Positions 58,801 through 64,000 of a stretch of 64,000 bases of DNA are shown here, one piece after another (position 1 is the stretch's first letter; each line of letters opens with the position of its first letter). Position numbers and translations under genes: made by a program. Source of the DNA: Candidatus Doudnabacteria bacterium (GTDB taxonomy: Bacteria; Patescibacteriota; Doudnabacteria; UBA920); the NCBI GenBank assembly GCA_016218585.1, contig JACRDK010000031.1, positions 1,764-65,763 on the forward strand. Direction: 5' to 3'. Below the pieces are notes generated by a model. That model had not been told where the DNA came from and did not search any database. It was given only the letters and a program-made list of their open reading frames with translations.

Positions 58801-59874
58801 TAGCAAATCCTGCATCCCGACCGTGGTAAAATCCACCTGCCAGTTGTCGCCCGCCACCGGATGGGAATGAACATTTAAAACGGTAATCGTTATAGTGGGG
58901 TCGACCGTTACCGGATAAACTGCGGTTTCCGTTAACCAGTCCTTATCCGGCGTTAGAGTTAATACATTGCTGGCAAGCTTGAATTCTAAATTGTCGCTGC
59001 TTTGCCCCGCGCTGTCATACATAACCGGAGCAGTTATCGCAAATAGCTTGAATAACGAATTTAAATTCTTGCCTTTCTTATAAATATCAATTTCCTTTTC
59101 CGAGACTTGTTTGTAATCATACTCATCCAGATTTAAAACATAGGAAAAATTTTCCGGATGCGGTGAATTTTTTAAAATAATGTTTTCTTTTAACCCGTCA
59201 GGTTTTAGCTGGTATTCCAAATCCGTATTCGGAAACGCGTTTTCAAAAATTACTCGGTTTTCTTCCGCCTGGGACCGCACCAATTCTTTGTTCAAATTCA
59301 GCGGCATAAATTTCAGTGCCAGGGAATCCGAAATTTTTTCATTTAAGGCAAATGGATTGCTTATGGGGTTTTCCGGGATGGATAAATTTACCGATTCATT
59401 TTTTAATTCCGCGTGGGTATAATCTTTTGGGTCCTGTTCTAAAACAGATGTTTCGGGAATTATGGCATTAGCGCTTTCTTCCGCTTTTAAATTTATTTTT
59501 TCCGGTTGTTCGCTCGGATTTTCCAACGGCGCTTCCGGCAAGGTCGAAGACGCAGTACCTGGCAATGAGCTATCTTCCGCCGCGGCATCAGGTTCGGCAT
59601 CGGTTAAAATTGGCGCAGGTAGATTTTCTGGCGTGGTTGAAGAAAGATCAAATGAAATTAGAGGCTCTGTTGCCGGTTCCTCGCTTGCAGTGTTTTCCTT
59701 AACTTCATTTTTTTCAATAACTAAATCATCAGCCGCGGCAGAGGAAGGCAGAGTAATTAAACTTTGGCTTAAAATTAAATTTATTAATAAAAAAATACCC
59801 CAAAACTTCCTAAGAGAACTTTTCTTAAAAAGGGGTATTTTAATTTTGAGTTTAATTTCTTTTAGGCGTAACAT
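52804..59874 (-). CDS. Giant (2356 aa) surface protein with beta-propeller-like repeats, Calx-beta domain and C-terminal multi-TM/carboxypeptidase-regulatory-like region
   Basis: N-terminal signal/TM. Calx-beta-like segment (…AYVITDGTAAHGSDYVWSMG…TTINIPLVSDAVTESPETFQITL…). C-terminal hydrophobic helices with two prealbumin-like CarboxypepD_reg-type segments (GTVYDSKNKQPLDPVMVELYDVKTGKK…; …AKTDKNGKFFLKAVPGSYSLKIS). Confidence 0.8.
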   Translation of the reverse strand: MLRLKEIKLKIKIPLFKKSSLRKFWGIFLLINLILSQSLITLPSSAAADDLVIEKNEVKENTASEEPATEPLISFDLSSTTPENLPAPILTDAEPDAAAEDSSLPGTASSTLPEAPLENPSEQPEKINLKAEESANAIIPETSVLEQDPKDYTHAELKNESVNLSIPENPISNPFALNEKISDSLALKFMPLNLNKELVRSQAEENRVIFENAFPNTDLEYQLKPDGLKENIILKNSPHPENFSYVLNLDEYDYKQVSEKEIDIYKKGKNLNSLFKLFAITAPVMYDSAGQSSDNLEFKLASNVLTLTPDKDWLTETAVYPVTVDPTITITVLNVHSHPVAGDNWQVDFTTVGMQDLLITPADQDTINDLQFTKLVCGQEDRTADAQILPDHSIFYSNWQCDDIATVGNLVLKTGNHHLLFQFGQSAEQSAAEAFNSTKVWDGGGANSRWSTAANWAGDTLPQEADTVVFDNTCAVNCNPSVDQQVFVSGFTMSTGTFSSILASTTASSTITVYGNFYMASGTIGSSFNEISISGNFTQTGGTFNAPDNLRLAGDFYRSGGTLTNNYTARTPGGTAYKPGAYPSLILEGGNQSITGNNTFGNLIKIATTTSSLSFAAGSTQTVLNTLELKGLSGNSLQLRSLSPGAAWNINAFYQSLKGLDVQDSNNTATTTLCGHGTTFTDSGRNTGWSFGVALTECFADSKYWIPNATIWSTAKNSTTLFLNGDFSYIGPNNGHAAMFDKSSFALSGTVPKIDNGSVQKIISDGSGGWYLGGDFTKVNEQYIPGLIHVLSDGSLDTGFNAHMVMGEKVVSLLLDGSTLYVGGQFTRIGGKQRFGVAALSASTGLATSWNPSADGIRGSAVPLVNALALNDAKTTLYIAGSFTHMGGVNITSVAGLNTSTGNALAWPNTAWGTGNSIAVNGSVVYFSGDDNFGAQFNGSINNNTIFAVNGTTGAVYKAWPSSTLYVPPGKKTKLTLVGSTLYYSGDFDWFSNFEGIVAINVSSSTVFNLSAWNPGIAKAKVYDVAVDGTNMYLTGAFYSSTTTNYNYFNILNNVTILDISTGTGTVASQKLVTPSIATTLAISGSSMYIGENGSMSSMGGKQRNAFAALDLATGAATDWEPWPRSNAHQATAERMVADENYVYMAGNLYGSSNERIGGILRNELAVVSATSSLAVADYPDSTGNIYSIHLSGNSVYVGGNMSDVGGAAVKNVAKLNKPGAPAYTDCSVDTSLWSETVEHSGSLPSGWTTGGNTVWVATTSAASAGTYSLASKKTADSQQTYISTTTNLSSAGIISFDYKTSSEAGYDYLLFCVDNQNCDQTNADFSSSGENNWASSTLALSQGSHVLTWKYLKDSSGLSGQDMVWIDSIKVGNYVTVPCQKMKAAYVEDWSSPTFDSTVYDVWPDATRNLVYVVGDFRSYYGSPADYITALEMGNGKASSRWTNNISFGGYSGWMDSLAKAGSNLYWSSTYSLDAGAGSQTVAINVDADAGTLKSWAPTFGTTYYPTSKSISANANQVILSQDGFSTVNGAYRMGVTSLNTTNGGLGDWVPDLGQSYYKGTYDTSYSPYPNYTILDGTQLFMGGQFSSLGGPVGRYYGIGGSEQYYLAGFKGTVQEKPEIQFSTTGSTVAESSGFAAVKLTLSATSTADTEVAYVITDGTAAHGSDYVWSMGMAGVDAGQSSTTINIPLVSDAVTESPETFQITLSSPGGTVLGANTVYTVRVVDSISPGASISPTSLSVTNPGVASSYTVVLNTQPSGDVNVSIAVSGLATTSAASLIFTSANWDTPQTVTVSALSSAVSNSTGSISHTFSSTDGNYNGLVVSDISVAITGSGSTPEPPEPSQPGGSGGTFYFGNYEIYFENHATSTNIDLANLEISYSTEATKMKFSNTPNFASSTEFAVSNKIIDWPLCFGLAACNSGLYKVYSQFYNNAGILLGSASAQINLNLNQTPVTEETIANPATNTPNQESNPINPAIVELLLPVNDNPPSGPSNQEATKTEPLPIFTTNIPANNKPEAPKPQNSHGELRLLSYFETMSPTKEVLLDTAAVSVLPISVMANKGVSPKTLLTILTSLSEAWLWILKFVQWLMSLFGLRRQKRYWGTVYDSKNKQPLDPVMVELYDVKTGKKLEQVITDMFGRFGFLSERGQFRLVAKKTNYLFPSKNIIGPRDQIYDNLYFGGDINIGGDDVISPNVPMDPLAFDWNQMDKQRIVKFHPTREIILKAVINSFFTLGFIWSIFVAWQDPGFWHNLVVGCYALVLAVQLLWPQQRLWGRVFEQSNMLCQEGLVLELSHPNLPVVIAKAKTDKNGKFFLKAVPGSYSLKISRVEGEQKIPIVTMDVAVGKIGCLNSNIGI

Positions 59875-60301
59875 AACAGAAACTTTTAAACAAAAAAAAG
59901 TTTCTGCCCGGAGTTGCTATTCCCTACCTAAATTTAGGCCCGCCGCATTGTCCCTGCATCAATTAGCACTGTTTAAGACAAGCGTGTCTGCAGATAATAA
60001 ATATGTAAATTTTCCTTATATATTAATTATCTCACTTTTAAGCCAATAATTAAAGATTTAGCGGCAACTCACTTTCCACGTTTTTTAACTCTGAACGATT
60101 CAAGTTATAAATTTTACCAAAATTAAATTAATCAGAGAATAATAAATAAATACTTTTTATTTATTGGGGTGCCTGAATTTTAAAAGTATAATCTGACTGG
60201 GAAACAAATTTTTGAAACAATGAAGATAAAAACCTCAATTTAAAAAAATTTCCTAAATTTTGCTTATCCACACAAAAATTCAAACTACTGGCTAAAATTA
60301 A

Positions 60302-60336
60302 AAACATCCCCCGCCTCGGGAGATGTTTTTTAAAAA
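60302..60336 (-). terminator. Terminator-like hairpin + U-run downstream of the glutaredoxin gene
   Basis: aaaacatcccccgcctcgggagatgtttttt. On the minus strand this reads as a hairpin followed by TTTT. Confidence 0.5.
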
Positions 60337-60338
60337 AA

Positions 60339-60575
60339 CTACTGTAGCAGCTTTTCTAGCATAGCCGGTTGGTAACCCACTAAAATTTTGCCGTCTATTT
60401 CAAATACCGGCACGCCCATTTGTCCGCTTTTGCGAACCATTTCCATAGCGGCTTCCTGGTCTGCGCTTACGTCTATATCTTTATATTTTATCCCCTTTTC
60501 GTTGAATTGCTTTTTGGCAATATTGCAATAACCGCAAGTCGGGGTGGAATAAACTATTACATTATGTTGAGCCAT
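60339..60575 (-). CDS. Glutaredoxin (GrxC/NrdH-like)
   Basis: Active site YSTPTCGYCNIAKK and the …GVPVFEIDGK… glutaredoxin fold. Confidence 0.9.
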   Translation of the reverse strand: MAQHNVIVYSTPTCGYCNIAKKQFNEKGIKYKDIDVSADQEAAMEMVRKSGQMGVPVFEIDGKILVGYQPAMLEKLLQ

Positions 60576-60611
60576 ATTTTTCTCCTTGAGAAGGGCTAAG
60601 GCCTTCGAAAA

Positions 60612-60908
60612 TTATTTTTCTTGATAACAAATAAATTGCTGAATATATTTTGTTAACGGGGTTTTATTTAGAGAGTAACAAATATTTTTTCCCTGCCTAA
60701 CGGTATTAAGCAAACCGCTCTCCTGCATTAGCAACAAATGGTGGGACACGGCTGCTACGCTCATATTTAAAAACTTGGACATATCGGACACGCAGACGTT
60801 ATCTTTTTCAAACAGCTTGCAGAGAATTTTAATTCTGGTCTCGTCCCCCGCCAGCTCAAGCAGCTTGGCTTTTTTGGTTAAGTCCTTAGGCAGCTTTTTT
60901 TGTTCCAT
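60612..60908 (-). CDS. ArsR/SmtB-family metalloregulatory transcriptional repressor
   Basis: HTH segment …VCVSDMSKFLNMSVAAVSHHLLLMQESGLL… is typical of ArsR. 98 aa. Confidence 0.85.
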   Translation of the reverse strand: MEQKKLPKDLTKKAKLLELAGDETRIKILCKLFEKDNVCVSDMSKFLNMSVAAVSHHLLLMQESGLLNTVRQGKNICYSLNKTPLTKYIQQFICYQEK

Positions 60909-60965
60909 AAATTAAATAAATTACATTCAAACGTATGTTTGAATGATATAATAGAATTAAAATCT

Positions 60966-61004
60966 TGTCAAATAAAAACGGGCGAGGTTGCTTTGCCTCG
61001 CCCG
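60966..61004 (-). terminator. Rho-independent terminator (CGGGCGAGG-loop-CCTCGCCCG + U-run on minus strand)
   Basis: 9-bp GC stem. On the minus strand it is followed by TTTTTATTT. Lies just downstream of the small ORF 61028-61222. Confidence 0.6.
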
Positions 61005-61027
61005 TCTGTTCTACCCCGAAGCGGCTA

Positions 61028-61222
61028 TTAGTGGACTTTGCCGTCGGCAAAGAATCCGCTTTCGTCGTCGTTTTCAACCTGCTCTCCTTGCGGAGGCCAA
61101 GGTTGAATGGTTTCTACCGGCTCCTGAGGGGAAGCCAAAATTGCCGTTTCCGGCGGCACCGGTTGCAAGCCGGTGTTTGCGGTAGCGCCCATATTCCCTC
61201 CCTTTGGGAAATAATAACCCAA
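61028..61222 (-). CDS. Small hypothetical acidic protein in GC-rich islet
   Basis: 64-aa ORF (or shorter from an internal Met) with its own terminator. High local GC. Confidence 0.35.
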   Translation of the reverse strand: MGYYFPKGGNMGATANTGLQPVPPETAILASPQEPVETIQPWPPQGEQVENDDESGFFADGKVH

Positions 61223-61341
61223 ACCATTACGCCCCTATTATAGACCCGCTTTATAATATAGACAACATTGACAAGAAGACCTAAAAATAGTAGAGTTATA
61301 AGTTAAATTGTCATCGTGGCCGAGAAATATTCTTATCTCCG

Positions 61342-61386
61342 CCGCCCTTCTAAGTCCATCTTAATGTAGGTGAGTTTGGAAGGGTT
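61342..61386 (+). repeat. 45-bp direct repeat copy 1 (CCGCCCTTCTAAGTCCATCTTAATGTAGGTGAGTTTGGAAGGGTT), 37 nt upstream of the GTG start at 61423
   Basis: About 40/45 nt identical to 62575-62619. Confidence 0.85.
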
Positions 61387-61422
61387 CGCCCTAAATACAA
61401 AATTCGAAAAAGGAGGATCCAA

Positions 61423-62172
61423 GTGATCCAAAAAACTATTGACGCGCTGACTTCTTTTCTCGCGATTATCCCGAAAAATGACAAGTGCTGGCAACGGCAA
61501 GCCAGCATCATCATCGCTTTCGCGATAAAGATGTCCGAAGATCTGCTCAAAAGCACAGGCTTCACTGATCCGGAATCGGAGAAGTGGAAAGCCAACATGT
61601 TGGCAGTTCCAGTTAAAAATCTGGACATCAGGCATGCTCCGGCAGGCCTACTAGGTATTCTACTTCTCAAAAACGTTCCGGCAACGCTCACGGCAGAGAC
61701 TGAAATGAGAGTTCCGGCAAACAAGACTCTCTACTTCTGCACCGGTCGGGTACTTGATTGGGACGAAGACCATCACGCTGCCAAGGCCGTCATCACCTAC
61801 GAAGACGCGGCCAGGACAGTTGTGTTCTGGTTGATGGCTAAGATGCTGTGCATCTGCCAAGCCAACCAGTGGGACCGAGTCAGCGGCTTGCCAAGAATGA
61901 TTGATCAGATGGCAGAGATGATTATACACCCCTCTGTTCAAGACATAATCCTCAACGAGTCTGTTTTGGCAATTGAGTTTTCGAGTAAGAATCTGGCCAG
62001 CAGGTTTCAGTATGCGATGAAGATTTCGGAGGTAGAAACCGTACGCGACCTTTTGAAAAGGTTCAAAAGCAGCGGGCAACTCCGCCACACCAAAAACATC
62101 GGCCAAAAAGTCTGTGAAGACGTGAACAAGTGGCTTGAGAGCCAAAACCTTCACTTCGGCATGAAAGTTTAA
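61423..62172 (+). CDS. Hypothetical protein (249 aa), GTG start with AGGAGG RBS; moderately GC-rich
   Basis: AGGAGG at 61411-61416, GTG at 61423. No recognised motif. Confidence 0.5.
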   Translation: MIQKTIDALTSFLAIIPKNDKCWQRQASIIIAFAIKMSEDLLKSTGFTDPESEKWKANMLAVPVKNLDIRHAPAGLLGILLLKNVPATLTAETEMRVPANKTLYFCTGRVLDWDEDHHAAKAVITYEDAARTVVFWLMAKMLCICQANQWDRVSGLPRMIDQMAEMIIHPSVQDIILNESVLAIEFSSKNLASRFQYAMKISEVETVRDLLKRFKSSGQLRHTKNIGQKVCEDVNKWLESQNLHFGMKV

Positions 62173-62189
62173 GGACAAAGGAGAGTACC

Positions 62190-62495
62190 ATGGATTTTAC
62201 CATGCTTGTCGTTTTCGTTCTGGCTGGGGTCATGTTGTTGTTCGTTGCTCGTTTTATCTTTACAAACGGAATAGCGTGGAAGGTTGTCGCAATTCCTGCG
62301 CTATGCCTTGCTGCCGCAGGGGCGAGCTACTTCAGTGTAGTGTGGTGGGAAGGAGTAATCCTAGGCAAAGGTGGTGAATGGGCTATTCTCCACTACTTCC
62401 CGCAACCTGGAACCAACTATGCGATAATAATTTTCGTTTGCCAAGCGGCGGCAGCGGAGATTATCTATCGGGCAATCGTCAGGCTCACAAAATAA
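62190..62495 (+). CDS. Hypothetical 3-TM small membrane protein
   Basis: Three hydrophobic helices. Followed by hairpin GGGGTAGAG…CTCTACCCC at 62552-62578. Confidence 0.45.
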   Translation: MDFTMLVVFVLAGVMLLFVARFIFTNGIAWKVVAIPALCLAAAGASYFSVVWWEGVILGKGGEWAILHYFPQPGTNYAIIIFVCQAAAAEIIYRAIVRLTK

Positions 62496-62574
62496 CCGCG
62501 AAAGCGCAGGAGGAAACAAAATAGAATAACCCGAACACGATTCGGCGCGGAGGGGTAGAGACCGGCGCTCTACC

Positions 62575-62619
62575 CCGCCCTTCTAAGTTCATCTTATAAA
62601 AGGTGAGTTTGGAAGGGTT
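62575..62619 (+). repeat. 45-bp direct repeat copy 2 (CCGCCCTTCTAAGTTCATCTTATAAAAGGTGAGTTTGGAAGGGTT), 87 nt upstream of the DUF1059 gene start
   Basis: See copy 1. Immediately preceded by a 9-bp-stem hairpin. Confidence 0.85.
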
Positions 62620-62706
62620 TTTAATTTTACTGTGAATAACTAATTTTCTCCAAGATTAATGATATGTTAAAATACCCATACTTAATTTTATGAAAGGAGA
62701 AAATTT

Positions 62707-62922
62707 ATGAAGCAAATGACATGCGCACAAATGGGCGGACCGGCAGATTGCACTTTTTCAGTTACTTCAGACACGGCGGAAAATATGGTAGAGCAGGGCT
62801 TTGCCCACATACAGCAGGCTCACCCGGATTTAGCCAAAGAAATAATGGAACATCCGGCTGAAGAAAACGACAAATGGATGCAAGAGTTTAAAACCAAGTT
62901 TGAAACTTGGCCGGAAATGTAA
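62707..62922 (+). CDS. DUF1059-family small metal-binding protein
   Basis: MKQMTCAQMGGPADCTFSVTSDTAENMVEQGFAHIQQAHP fits the DUF1059 pattern (MK.x.C.d.G..C.F…a.TeeE…….H….H). RBS AAAGGAG. Confidence 0.6.
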   Translation: MKQMTCAQMGGPADCTFSVTSDTAENMVEQGFAHIQQAHPDLAKEIMEHPAEENDKWMQEFKTKFETWPEM

Positions 62923-62962
62923 GTTATAAAATAACCTTCTTGTAAAAGAAGGTTATTTTTAT

Positions 62963-63325
62963 TTAATCTTTAAATTTTTCAATTGTTTGCTTCACGCGGA
63001 AGCGGACAATTTTTTTTACCAGGGCGTAGGGAATGGGTTTTTCTATTGGAAATTGAATTGCGCCTTTGGAAGTATTAAATTTAGCCAATTCTTTTTTAAA
63101 AGCTACTATGGGACCGGGTGAAGGATAAAACCCAATATGGTTTTTAAATGCGGCGAAGTGGACCAGGTTGCCGTTTAAAATAAATGTCGGCATGCCATAT
63201 TTAATTGCCTCCCCTGCTTTCGGAACAACCGAGCGAATTGTTTCGCGCATCTTTTTTAAAATAACCTGCACCTCGTCCGGAAACTGCTTTATATACGTGT
63301 CTATGGTTTTTGTATTTGTATTCAT
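62963..63325 (-). CDS. DUF1801-domain protein (YdhG-like)
   Basis: …IDTYIKQFPDEVQVILKKMRETI…GMPTFILNGNLVHFAAFKNHIGFYP… is characteristic of DUF1801. Confidence 0.75.
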   Translation of the reverse strand: MNTNTKTIDTYIKQFPDEVQVILKKMRETIRSVVPKAGEAIKYGMPTFILNGNLVHFAAFKNHIGFYPSPGPIVAFKKELAKFNTSKGAIQFPIEKPIPYALVKKIVRFRVKQTIEKFKD

Positions 63326-63687
63326 ATTGTTTTACGTTTCTTTTTCCAGCCTACAATTAGCGGCAGCAAAAACGTTATCAAATAATAAACATATACATCT
63401 AACTTATAATATCCATCAGCGGGGTTAAAAACTTTAACCAAAAAGAAATAATCAAAAACAACCGCTATTATTGTCCATATTACTGAAATTTTTAAATAAT
63501 AATTAAGTTCCTCGCTTTTTATTTTTTTAATTAATACCCACAAAGTTATAATTATGCCAATTGGCATAATTACCCAACCTAGCATTGCAGGCGGCACTGC
63601 CGCAAATAAAACTATGCCAAGGACATAGCCAATAAGCCAAAGAACAAATCCCCAGCCTACCGCGTCCTTAAAGAATTGTTTATTCAT
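63322..63687 (-). CDS. Hypothetical 4-TM membrane protein
   Basis: Hydrophobic helices throughout. 4-nt overlap with the downstream gene. Confidence 0.5.
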   Translation of the reverse strand: MNKQFFKDAVGWGFVLWLIGYVLGIVLFAAVPPAMLGWVIMPIGIIITLWVLIKKIKSEELNYYLKISVIWTIIAVVFDYFFLVKVFNPADGYYKLDVYVYYLITFLLPLIVGWKKKRKTI

Positions 63688-63723
63688 ATTTATAAGTTTA
63701 ATTACTTATATTATATAAGAAAG

Positions 63724-64000
63724 CTATTTTAAAATAAAATTAAACATATACCCGGTTAAAGTAATTCCAACGGCAACTATGCCGGCGAAAATTAAAACTA
63801 GTTTAGTCTTCATTACTTTCTTTAGGATCATAAACTCCGGCAGGGACAGGGCGGTTATCGACATCATAAACGCCAAAGTCGTCCCCATACTCACTCCCTT
63901 TTCGGTTAAGGCCGAAACCAGCGGAATAACCCCGGCGGCATTAGAATACAGCGGCACGCCAATTAATACCGCTAGCGGCACGCCATACCATTTACTGCTG
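63724..64000 (-). CDS. Permease (COG0701-type putative two-component membrane permease), C-terminal part; gene continues beyond window
   Basis: ORF open to the window edge. C-terminal TM helices …TLAFMMSITALSLPEFMILKKVMK…. Permeases of this type are often linked to ArsR-family regulators. Confidence 0.5.
   Translation of the reverse strand, partial: SSKWYGVPLAVLIGVPLYSNAAGVIPLVSALTEKGVSMGTTLAFMMSITALSLPEFMILKKVMKTKLVLIFAGIVAVGITLTGYMFNFILK

Noticed and set aside
53797-59422. Plus-strand ORFs inside the 2356-aa gene and similar antisense ORFs inside other long genes (e.g. 38122-38385, 39108-40282, 42452-44508, 31563-33544, 12653-12990)
   Set aside because: Antisense shadows of long GC-moderate coding regions. 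No independent support.

Overview
This 64 kb window is low-GC (roughly 35-42%), gene-dense, and encodes mostly on the minus strand for the first ~22 kb. It carries several giant cell-surface proteins, a type IV (pseudo)pilin gene cluster, tatA/tatC, a trehalose gene set, an ABC-2 exporter and a handful of housekeeping enzymes. Biosynthetic capacity is sparse. All calls rest on motifs read by eye (no searches were run). The gene content suggests an uncultivated small-genome bacterium such as a CPR/Patescibacteria-like organism, but this is inference only. I found no rRNA, tRNA or CRISPR array. The most interesting region is a putative cohesin-dockerin surface module: two tandem membrane-anchored cohesin-like proteins (35229-37675) next to a 957-aa repeat protein with a C-terminal dockerin pair (37657-40530). 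Next is a Tat-linked cluster (40587-45983): tatA/tatC, a GH73 glucosaminidase-like protein, a 939-aa repeat protein and a protein with a KR-type Tat-like signal. Several short high-GC ORFan islets (55-60% GC) each carry their own terminator. Two gene cassettes are bracketed by near-identical direct repeats (a PaaX-like gene at 8551-9160, and a 2-gene cassette at 61342-62619). There is a (GTTCCA)10 in-frame microsatellite inside a 1908-aa LysM surface protein. A sensor-like two-TM extension is fused to OtsA.
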